Source: Candidatus Acidiferrales bacterium (GTDB taxonomy: Bacteria > Acidobacteriota > Terriglobia > Acidiferrales > DATBWB01). From it: 64,000 nucleotides of DNA. Under the pieces are notes generated by a model. That model was given only the letters and a program-made list of their open reading frames with translations. It made no database searches and was not told the DNA's origin. The translations under genes and the position numbers were made by a program. Shown here one piece after another: positions 56,265-64,000 of the stretch (within the stretch, counting starts at the first letter, position 1; each line of letters begins with the position of its first letter). The DNA is taken from positions 3,550 to 67,549 of the forward strand of contig DATBWB010000062.1 of NCBI GenBank assembly GCA_036514995.1. The letters run 5' to 3'.

Positions 56265-57653
56265 GTGGGAGCCTACCGGGTGATTGCAATCCAGATCTTC
56301 ATTGTGATGTTTCTGGTGGCGGTCAACGCTTTCTTTGTAAGCGCGGAGTTTTCGCTCGTGGCGATACGCCATACCCGGGTGGAACAGTTGGTGGCCGAGA
56401 AAAGGCCCGGCGCCCGCGCGGTCGAGCGGCTCCTGGGGAACCTCGACCGAGTGATGTCGGGAACGCAACTCGGAATCACGATAGCCAGTCTGGGGCTTGG
56501 GTGGGTGGGTGAGCTGACCCTGGCTCAAATATTTATTCCTCTCTTCGACTACGCCGGATGGCCTTACTTTCGCGCGATCGGCCACACCGTAAGCCTGACG
56601 GTGGCTTTTCTGCTCATCACTTTTATGCATGTGGTTTTGGGCGAGGTGGTGCCCAAGAACCTGGCGTTGCAGCGGGTCGAAAGCGTTGCGCTTTCGATCG
56701 CGCGGCCGATGGAGATCTTCATTCGGATTTTCCGGCCCTTCATTGCGGTGCTGGACAGGTGTGCTGACCGAACGCTCAAATGGATGGGAGCGGCCGAAAC
56801 TGACCCGCACAGGCTTGTCCACACACCGGAGGAGCTCTTGCTGTTGGTTGGGGACATCCAGGAGGGCGGGCTGCTCAATGTACGACAGGAGGAGATGATT
56901 CGGGCGGCGGTGGACCTGGGCAAAGTGGAAGTGCGCGAGGTGATGGTGTCGCGGCCGGACATGAAGTGTCTTCCGCTGACGGCCACGCTGGAGGAAGCGC
57001 TGGATAAGGTTCTACACGAAAAGAGATCGCGTCTGCCGGTTTACGACGGAACGATGGATCAGGTGGCCGGTATCTTGCACGCCAAGGATTTGCTGCGGGT
57101 GGTGATGGATAGGCAACGTCGCCAAGCGGAAGGCATTGCGCTGGCCCATTTCGACATGCGCCGCATCTTGAGGGAAGCGCTCATCGTGCCCGAGACGAAG
57201 CCGCTTGCCGATCTGCTGAATGAATTCCAGCGGCGGCACACTCAAATGGCTCTGGTGGTGGACGAATTCGGGAATATTCAGGGGCTGGTAACCGTGGCGG
57301 ATTTGGTGGAACGGATCACCGGAAAGATCCATGACGAATTTGACGTGGAAGAGAAGCCACAGCGGTTGAGCGATGGTTCCATGCTCGTTGACGCCCTGAT
57401 GAGCGTGTACGAATTGGAAAGCGAATTTGGCCTCTCTGTGCCCCGCGATCGTGGTTTTGAAACAGCGGCTGGATTTGTGTTGAGCCAGCTTGGGCGGATT
57501 CCGCGGCAGGGGGAATCGTTTGTGTACGACGGAGTGCGTTTCACGGTGGCGGAAATGGACGGCCGCCGGGTGGCCAAGATAAAAATCGAGCGGCTGAGCC
57601 AGCCCCGATTAGATGGGGGCCAGCCGAAATCCACCAAGTCTTCCAAGGCATGA
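56265..57653 (+). CDS. CNNM/CorC-family protein (DUF21 membrane domain, CBS pair, CorC_HlyC domain)
   Basis: DUF21 signature NAFFVSAEFSLVA, a CBS pair (VREVMVSRPDM...LPVYDG) and the C-terminal FVYDGVRFTVAEMDGRRVAKIKI. Start is the GTG at 56265 or 56280. Confidence 0.88.
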   Translation: MGAYRVIAIQIFIVMFLVAVNAFFVSAEFSLVAIRHTRVEQLVAEKRPGARAVERLLGNLDRVMSGTQLGITIASLGLGWVGELTLAQIFIPLFDYAGWPYFRAIGHTVSLTVAFLLITFMHVVLGEVVPKNLALQRVESVALSIARPMEIFIRIFRPFIAVLDRCADRTLKWMGAAETDPHRLVHTPEELLLLVGDIQEGGLLNVRQEEMIRAAVDLGKVEVREVMVSRPDMKCLPLTATLEEALDKVLHEKRSRLPVYDGTMDQVAGILHAKDLLRVVMDRQRRQAEGIALAHFDMRRILREALIVPETKPLADLLNEFQRRHTQMALVVDEFGNIQGLVTVADLVERITGKIHDEFDVEEKPQRLSDGSMLVDALMSVYELESEFGLSVPRDRGFETAAGFVLSQLGRIPRQGESFVYDGVRFTVAEMDGRRVAKIKIERLSQPRLDGGQPKSTKSSKA

Positions 57654-58570
57654 GACGCTATTTGTTCGAGCGCCTTGTCTCGACCATACCCGCGTTGTGG
57701 CTGGTGGTCACGCTAGTCTTTCTGTTGATCCATCTTGTTCCAGGGGATCCCGTCCAACTCATGCTGGGAGAAGGCGCCCGGCCCGGCGATGTGGCGGCCT
57801 TGCGCGAGGAACTGGGTCTCAACGAACCGCTGGCAAGCCAATATATTCATTACTGGTGGGGTCTGGTAAGAGGCGAGTGGGGAGAGTCGCTGCGCTTCCA
57901 CGAGCCGGTCTTGCATTTGATCGCCGAACGCTATCCGGCAACGCTGGCGTTGGCGCTCTCAAGCCTTCTTGTCTCGCTCGGTCTTGCCATCCCGGCGGGA
58001 GTGACGGCAGCCGCCCATCGCGGGAAATGGGCCGACCGGGCAATAGGAATGGTTTCGCTGGCGGGTCTTTCCTTTCCCAATTTCGCTCTGGGTCCGATTC
58101 TGATTCTGGTGGTATCGGTGAAACTGGGTTGGCTACCGGTTTCAGGCCGAGGCGGGATTTCGCACATGGTTCTTCCGGCGGTGACACTGGGAGCGGCACT
58201 GGCGGCGATTCTGACGCGAATGGTGCGGAGCGCCATGCTCGAAGAGCTCTCGAGCGATTACGTGCGGACGGCCCGGGCGAAGGGAGTGAGCGAGAAGTGG
58301 GTTTTTTATCGTCATGCGTTAAAGAATGCGCTCATCCCTATTCTGACGGTGATCGGGCTCCAGCTTGGCACGTTGCTGGCGGGGGCGATTGTGACAGAAA
58401 TGATCTTTGCATGGCCTGGATTGGGGCGGCTGACGGTGCAGGCCATCAGCGCGCGAGATTACTCCCTGCTGCAGGGATGTGTGCTCGTGATCGGTCTGAG
58501 CTATGTGCTGGTCAATCTTCTGACCGACCTCGCTTACAGCGCGGTGGATCCGAGGATTCGGCGAAGGTAA
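57650..58570 (+). CDS. ABC transporter permease (DppB/OppB-like, peptide/nickel family)
   Basis: N-terminus RYLFERL...IPALWLVVTLVFLLIHLVPGDP and EAA-loop DYVRTARAKGVSE. The ATG overlaps the upstream stop (ATGA). Confidence 0.88.
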   Translation: MRRYLFERLVSTIPALWLVVTLVFLLIHLVPGDPVQLMLGEGARPGDVAALREELGLNEPLASQYIHYWWGLVRGEWGESLRFHEPVLHLIAERYPATLALALSSLLVSLGLAIPAGVTAAAHRGKWADRAIGMVSLAGLSFPNFALGPILILVVSVKLGWLPVSGRGGISHMVLPAVTLGAALAAILTRMVRSAMLEELSSDYVRTARAKGVSEKWVFYRHALKNALIPILTVIGLQLGTLLAGAIVTEMIFAWPGLGRLTVQAISARDYSLLQGCVLVIGLSYVLVNLLTDLAYSAVDPRIRRR

Positions 58571-58574
58571 CGCT

Positions 58575-59411
58575 ATGGCGAGTGTGATACACAATAATCC
58601 GATTGCTGCGCTGGCGCTTGCCATCGTTGTCCTTCTGCTTTTGACGGCCACGCTTGCTCCCTGGATAGCTCCGGCGAGTCCCACCGAGCAGCAGCTCTCC
58701 AAGCGGCTTGCCGCGCCCGGCGGAGGAAGCTGGTTGGGAAACGACGAGCTGGGCCGCGATATTCTTTCGCGAATCATCTATGGCTCGCGAGTGTCCATGA
58801 GCGTAAGCCTTTGCGTGGTGCTCGCGGCGGGGACTCTGGGACTGCTGATGGGTTCGGTCGCTGCCTATTTCGGCGGCTGGACGGACCGCATCATCAACGT
58901 GGTAGCCATCAACACGTTCTTGGCATTCCCCGGAATCTTGCTGGCGATTGCGCTGGCGGCATTCCTGGGGCCGGGCGTGGGCAGGGTGATTCTGGCGTTG
59001 ACGGTAACGGGCTGGGCTGGGTACGCGCGACTGGCGAGGGCACAGGTGGCTAAAGTGCGCGAACTCGAATATGTGCAGGCGGCGCGAAGCCTGGGGGCCC
59101 AGGGATGGCGCATCTGGCGGGCGCACTTGTTGCCTAACATCATCCCGCCGTTGCTGGTGCAGGCGACAGTGGGGATGGCCACCGCGATTCTGGCAGAATC
59201 CACGCTCAGCTTTCTTGGGCTGGGCGTGCTCCAGCCGACGCCGAGTTGGGGCAGCATGTTGAGTGACGCCCGCAACCATCTCTTCGACGCTCCCCATCTG
59301 GTGGTCTCCCCGGCGCTCGCCATCATGCTGGCGGTTTTCTCCTTCAATTTGCTCGGCGACGCGCTGCGCGACTGGGCTGACCCGCAAACCAGAGCTGTGC
59401 TCGGGCGGTAA
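58575..59411 (+). CDS. ABC transporter permease (DppC/OppC-like)
   Basis: LGNDELGRDILSRIIYGSR and EYVQAARSLGA motifs typical of OppC/DppC. Confidence 0.88.
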   Translation: MASVIHNNPIAALALAIVVLLLLTATLAPWIAPASPTEQQLSKRLAAPGGGSWLGNDELGRDILSRIIYGSRVSMSVSLCVVLAAGTLGLLMGSVAAYFGGWTDRIINVVAINTFLAFPGILLAIALAAFLGPGVGRVILALTVTGWAGYARLARAQVAKVRELEYVQAARSLGAQGWRIWRAHLLPNIIPPLLVQATVGMATAILAESTLSFLGLGVLQPTPSWGSMLSDARNHLFDAPHLVVSPALAIMLAVFSFNLLGDALRDWADPQTRAVLGR

Positions 59412-59490
59412 TGCCGGGAGCGACAAAAAATGGCCATGCTATAATGGCGCGCGGCGAGATCGCACCAAGGCCGCAGAGGGGGTGGCCTCG

Positions 59491-60621
59491 ATGCCAGAGG
59501 CGATTGAAGTCAAAGCTGGATTAGAAGGGGTCGTGGTTTCCAGCACAGCGCTCAGCTTCATTGACGGAAACGCGGGAACACTCCTGTATCGCGGTATCAA
59601 TATCAACGAGCTGGCGGAGAAATCCAATTTTGAGGAGATTTGCTATCTTCTCTGGCACGGGCGATTGCCCAACAGGCCCGAATGGCAGCGCACCAGGGAA
59701 GAGATGGGACAGAGCCGGGCGCTACCGATGGCTGTGGTGGACCATCTTCGGCGGATCGGGGGCGCGGCAACGCCCATGGCTGCGCTGCGGACGGGCGTCT
59801 CCCTGCTGGCGGTTTTCGATCCGGAGGCCGAAGACAACTCACCCGAGGCGAACCTTCGCAAAGCCATGCGACTCACCGGCCAAATGGCCACGCTGGTGGC
59901 AGCATTCGACCGCATCCGAAACGGGAAGGAGCCGATTGCACCAGACCCAGCGCTCGATCATGCTTGCGATTTTCTGCGCATGCTTTCGGGTCGGACTCCC
60001 GACGAGGTGAGCACTCGCGCCATGGATATTGTTCTCGTGCTGCATGCCGACCACGGGTTCAATGCCTCCACTTTCGCGGCGCGAGTCACGGCATCCACGC
60101 TTTCCGACATCTACTCGGCGATTACGACGGCGATTGGAACTCTCAAGGGACCGCTCCACGGCGGGGCGAACGAAGCGGTGATGAAGATGTTGCTCGAAAT
60201 CGGCTCGACCGAGAAAGTGTCCGATTATTTGCATCAAACGCTGGCGGCGAAGAAGCGAGTGATGGGCTTTGGTCACCGGGTGTACAAGACGTTTGACCCG
60301 CGCGCGGAGCACCTGCGCAAAGTGTCCCGCCAGCTCGGCAAGGGCAACGGCAACATGAAGTGGTACGAGATGACCAGCAAGATCGAAGAGTGGATGGTGA
60401 AGGAAAAGCATCTCTACCCGAACGTGGATCTCTACTCGGCGTCCTGCTTCTATTACATGGGGATAGAGACGGATTTGTATACGCCTATTTTCGCCGTCAG
60501 CCGCATCGCCGGCTGGTCAGCCCACGTGCTCGAGCAACTTCAAAATAACCGTCTCATTCGGCCCAATGCCCAATACGTCGGGCCCTTCGACGTGTCGTAC
60601 ACGCCCCTCGAAAAGCGGTAG
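59491..60621 (+). CDS. gltA: Citrate synthase (short, about 376 aa type)
   Basis: GLEGVVV..T.LSFIDG..G.L.YRG, HADHGFNAST and the GFGHRVYKTFDPRA signature. Trimmed to the ATG at 59491; the upstream ORF extension overlaps the permease gene. Confidence 0.93.
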   Translation: MPEAIEVKAGLEGVVVSSTALSFIDGNAGTLLYRGININELAEKSNFEEICYLLWHGRLPNRPEWQRTREEMGQSRALPMAVVDHLRRIGGAATPMAALRTGVSLLAVFDPEAEDNSPEANLRKAMRLTGQMATLVAAFDRIRNGKEPIAPDPALDHACDFLRMLSGRTPDEVSTRAMDIVLVLHADHGFNASTFAARVTASTLSDIYSAITTAIGTLKGPLHGGANEAVMKMLLEIGSTEKVSDYLHQTLAAKKRVMGFGHRVYKTFDPRAEHLRKVSRQLGKGNGNMKWYEMTSKIEEWMVKEKHLYPNVDLYSASCFYYMGIETDLYTPIFAVSRIAGWSAHVLEQLQNNRLIRPNAQYVGPFDVSYTPLEKR

Positions 60622-60811
60622 CAGCCAAGACATTGGAGTGAATGGAAAGGGAAACGCCGCTGGCCAGCTTCCCGCCCCGTGTCGGGGTGGCGCGGATCGA
60701 GTTCTGTGGCTGGACCGGTCGGCCGGCGAGCTTCGCACGCTTGCGGCGATTCTCTTTCACAGGGGAACAACCGAAGAAGCTGACGAAAGTGTCTCTTTGA
60801 AGGAGGTTAAG

Positions 60812-62857
60812 GTGATTCGAACGAAGAAAATCACCCTGTTGAGTGTGTGGATTTTATTTGGCTTTCTGCTGGCTGCCAGGCCCGTCTTTGGCGTGGCTGG
60901 ATTGACAGTGGAAGAGGTGATGAAAGACCGGGCGGCATCGCAGGTGCAAGTGTCGCCCGATGGCTCGAAGATTGTTTTTGTAGTAAGTTCGCCGGACTAC
61001 AAGCTGGATGTCTATCGCCGCAACATCTTTCTGTCGGATGCGGCGTCCGGACAGACCCTGCAACTGACCAATGGCCCGCGATCGGATTTCTATCCTCGTT
61101 GGTCGCCAGACGGCAAACAGATAGCATTCCTGAGCGAGAGGAGCGAGGGGACGGAAGCAGAGGGCAAGAAGCCCAAGACGCAAATTTGGGTCATCTCGGT
61201 GGGTGGAGGCGAAGCACAAAAGCTTACGGACGCGGAAGAGGGAGTAAGCGCATTTGAATGGTCACCCGACGGGAAGAGCGTCGCCTACCTTTCCGCTGAT
61301 CGGCCGACGGAGGATGAGAAGAAGCGAGAGAAGCGCAAGGATGACTGGATTGAGGTGGACAAAGCCTTCCGTTTCGCGCGTCTCTACGTCATTGCTGCCG
61401 GCGGGGGGAAACCACGACAGTTGGGCAAAGAGGACGCGCATGTGACCCGCCTGAGCTGGTCTCCCGATGGAAGCGCAATCGCTTATTCGGTTCAGCCAAC
61501 TCCCAAAGTCCACGATGGGTTTCATTCCAAGATCCGGGCGATCAAGGTGGCTGACGAAACGACGCGCGACCTGGCGACCTGGGATGGCGCCAATACCGAT
61601 CCGAGATGGTCACCGGACGGGAAGACAGTCGCCTTCCTTTCCACACGCGGCCAGGTGGATTGGATCGCCAACCGTTACCTCACGGTGGTTCCTGCGGCAG
61701 GGGGCGAACCGAAGATCGTATCGAAAGCATTTGACGAAGAGGTAAACGATTTCCGCTGGCTGCCGGATTCGCGCACTATCCTGTTTTCGGGCGACGCAAA
61801 AACGCAAGCTCACTTGTTTTCCCTCAGCGTCGAGGGAGGCGCAGTGCAACAGATCTCCGCAGGAGAATTTGTCTATTCGAGTTTTGACGTTGCCCGCGAT
61901 GGGCGGAGCGTCGCGGCCGTTCGAGCTGCCCTGGCGACGCCACCAACCGTGATCCTTTCCACCGATACGGGAAAGAACTTCCGGGAGGTGAGCAAAGTCC
62001 AGCAGCCGTTTGAGGTGGCGGAGATGTCCTCCATGTCGGTCATCCGGTGGCCCAGCACGGATGGTTTTACCATCGAAGGCATTCTGGTCAAGCCAGCGAG
62101 ATACGAGGAAGGACGCCGCTATCCGTTGCTGGTCATCGTCCACGGCGGGCCGGCGGGGGTGTTTAGCCAAGGTTTTACGGCGCGACGCTACGTTTACCCC
62201 GCGCAGGCTTTTGCGACCGAGGGGTACGTGGTGTTGTTGCCGAATCCTCGCGGCAGCGGCGGCTATGGCGAGGCCTTCCGCCGCGCGAACTTCCAGGATT
62301 GGGGTGGCGGGGACTATCGCGACATCATGGCCGGTGTGGACTACCTGATCGAGAAGGGAATGGCCGACGCGGACCGCATGGGAGTGATGGGTTGGAGCTA
62401 CGGTGGCTACATGACCTCATGGATCATCACGCAGACAAAGAGATTCCGGGCGGCCTCGCCCGGGGCGGCGGTCACGAACCTCTACAGCTTTTTCGGCACG
62501 GCTGACATTCCGCCGTTCCTGCCCCAATATTTTGGCGGCTTTCCGTGGGAGCAGCAGTCGGCGTATCTCAAGCATTCGCCGATGTTCAACGTGAAGGGTG
62601 TGAGCACGCCAACACTTATCTTGCATGGGATGAGCGACGTGCGGGTTCCCCTTTCACAGGGGGAGGAGCTTTACGAAGCTCTGAAGGCACAGAACGTTCC
62701 CGTGCAAATGGTCAAATACCCGCGACAAGGGCACGGGTTCAACGAGCCTCGGTTCCAGCGCGATTGCGCCTATCGGCTGATGAACTGGTTCAATGAGCAT
62801 GTGCGGGGGCAGAAGACGAAGCTCGAACCGCCGGCCGAGGAAGAGAAAGCGGAGTAG
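60812..62857 (+). CDS. S9 family serine peptidase (beta-propeller plus prolyl oligopeptidase/acylaminoacyl-peptidase domain), secreted
   Basis: Repeated SPDG propeller motifs and the catalytic GWSYGGYM, with D in HGMSDVRVP and H in GHGF. The GTG at 60812 is preceded by AAGGAGG and followed by a signal peptide. Confidence 0.88.
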   Translation: MIRTKKITLLSVWILFGFLLAARPVFGVAGLTVEEVMKDRAASQVQVSPDGSKIVFVVSSPDYKLDVYRRNIFLSDAASGQTLQLTNGPRSDFYPRWSPDGKQIAFLSERSEGTEAEGKKPKTQIWVISVGGGEAQKLTDAEEGVSAFEWSPDGKSVAYLSADRPTEDEKKREKRKDDWIEVDKAFRFARLYVIAAGGGKPRQLGKEDAHVTRLSWSPDGSAIAYSVQPTPKVHDGFHSKIRAIKVADETTRDLATWDGANTDPRWSPDGKTVAFLSTRGQVDWIANRYLTVVPAAGGEPKIVSKAFDEEVNDFRWLPDSRTILFSGDAKTQAHLFSLSVEGGAVQQISAGEFVYSSFDVARDGRSVAAVRAALATPPTVILSTDTGKNFREVSKVQQPFEVAEMSSMSVIRWPSTDGFTIEGILVKPARYEEGRRYPLLVIVHGGPAGVFSQGFTARRYVYPAQAFATEGYVVLLPNPRGSGGYGEAFRRANFQDWGGGDYRDIMAGVDYLIEKGMADADRMGVMGWSYGGYMTSWIITQTKRFRAASPGAAVTNLYSFFGTADIPPFLPQYFGGFPWEQQSAYLKHSPMFNVKGVSTPTLILHGMSDVRVPLSQGEELYEALKAQNVPVQMVKYPRQGHGFNEPRFQRDCAYRLMNWFNEHVRGQKTKLEPPAEEEKAE

Positions 62858-62949
62858 TCATAGCAGGGGCCCTCGATCGAGCGGCAGAAGCTCCAGAGTT
62901 TTTTGGTCAGCGCTCCCGGGATCAGGCTCCCCGAGCACAGCGAGAGAGA

Positions 62950-63753
62950 CTATTCGAGGAAAATGGAAAGTTCCGTGCCGCGGCGGGCGCCGAGGAGTTG
63001 GGCGGCATGCGCGCGGTTGGTGGCAAGCTCCAGATAACCGGAGCTGCCGAGGATGGCAAAAGGCTCGTCCACGGGGCCGGCGGCATAGGAGAGGAAGAGC
63101 TTATTGATTTCTTTTTTTCCGGTGACGAGACGAAAAGGCGGGGGCGAGCTGGCGAAGAGTTCCGGCACATCCTCGGGCGTGATATTGGTCAGGCAATTGC
63201 CGAAATTGTCAACCTTGAGAATCACCCCCTTGATCTCCTTCTCGCCGACACGCTGAGCCCGCGGCAGCGGAACGCGGACGCACTCGGTAACAATCTCTCC
63301 GAAACGGGATGTATCCACCCCCTTGCTCAGATAGGCTGCGACGGGAGCAAAAACATCGCGTCCATGAAAGGTGTTGCTCACCGGACTCAGGAAGTAGTGC
63401 TCCGAGGTAATGTGGCGTACCGTGGCTCCGGGTTCGCGGTCGAGCACAACGGAAAGAACTCCGTTGTCGGGGGCAACAAAGTAGTGCTTGTCGCTGCTCA
63501 CAAGGATGGGGCGTCGTTCGCTCCCCACGCCTGGATCCACCACAACAACGTGGATGCTGGCCGGCGGAAAATAAGGGTAGGCCTGGGCGATCGTGAGGGC
63601 GCCGTCGAGGAGGTCATAGGGCTGGATCTGATGCGAGATGTCCACAATAGAGGCTTGAGGATTGATACTCAGAATGACGCCCTTCATCACGCCGACAAAG
63701 TGATCGGAGCTGCCGAAGTCGGTGGTCAGGGTGATGATGGGTTGATGGGCCAA
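62950..63753 (-). CDS. SAM hydroxide adenosyltransferase / SAM hydrolase family protein (DUF62)
   Basis: N-terminal signature ITLTTDFGSSDHFVGVMKGVI and VVVDPGVGS. Confidence 0.82.
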   Translation of the reverse strand: MAHQPIITLTTDFGSSDHFVGVMKGVILSINPQASIVDISHQIQPYDLLDGALTIAQAYPYFPPASIHVVVVDPGVGSERRPILVSSDKHYFVAPDNGVLSVVLDREPGATVRHITSEHYFLSPVSNTFHGRDVFAPVAAYLSKGVDTSRFGEIVTECVRVPLPRAQRVGEKEIKGVILKVDNFGNCLTNITPEDVPELFASSPPPFRLVTGKKEINKLFLSYAAGPVDEPFAILGSSGYLELATNRAHAAQLLGARRGTELSIFLE

Positions 63754-63934
63754 CTCGACTCCTCAAGCAAGACGCAAAGGCAAAGTAACCAAACGGGAAG
63801 GGTGAAGTCAAGGGACGGCAAAAGCAGGCTTCGAGAGCAGACGGAACGGTACTTGTCGTCTTGACTTTGCCCGGGTCTCCGCGTAACGTGAATATTCAGC
63901 GGAAATAGAAGCAACTAGCGCGAGTGGACGAGAG

Positions 63935-64000
63935 ATGCGCAGGGTTTACCTGGACAATAACGCGACGACCGCGATACGGCCGGAGGTGCTGGAAGCGCTG
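63935..64000 (+). CDS. Cysteine desulfurase (NifS/IscS-like), N-terminal 22 codons; continues beyond window
   Basis: ATG at 63935. MRRVYLDNNATTAIRPEVLEAL matches the conserved class V aminotransferase N-terminus (YLDNNATT). Confidence 0.6.
   Translation, partial: MRRVYLDNNATTAIRPEVLEAL

Overview
This is a dense, GC-rich (roughly 60% by eye) bacterial chromosomal segment with about 56 protein-coding genes, almost all housekeeping. The main groups are:
- TCA and electron transfer: mdh 3' end, sdhCDAB, two-subunit 2-oxoacid:ferredoxin oxidoreductase korAB, citrate synthase.
- Tetrapyrrole operon: hemX-like, hemA, hemC, fused cobA-hemD.
- Envelope: lpxD, plsC, murJ, ldcA-mpl.
- DNA and chromosome: dnaE, polX, xerD, scpAB.
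- Other core genes: trpS, hisC, accA, cspA, myo-inositol-1-phosphate synthase.
- Many peptidases: M19, M61, S9, S45 acylase.

I saw no rRNA, tRNA, CRISPR array, transposase or phage genes. Gene content suggests an Acidobacteriota-like organism, but that is inference only. All calls rest on motif recognition in the supplied translations and manual reading of the DNA; no searches were run.

I do not see a convincing multi-gene novel system. The observations most worth a second look are:
1. Three intergenic 7-nt-period GAAAANN arrays, each starting 2-12 nt after the stop codon of a plus-strand gene. Two of them share an identical 19-mer.
2. An oversized TrpRS carrying a C-x22-C-x6-C-x2-C Fe-S type motif plus an insertion of about 75 aa.
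3. A DRG-like GTPase+TGS protein with a degenerate G3/switch II, next to polX.
4. korAB followed by a canonical terminator, a small 2Fe-2S (Fer2_4-like) ORF and a decayed SDR gene.
5. An orphan LytTR response regulator upstream of an uncharacterised exported protein.
6. An orphan MacA/HlyD-type adaptor with a tightly linked small ORF.
7. A dispersed CTTCGCTCCGCTCAGGATGA-type intergenic repeat family.
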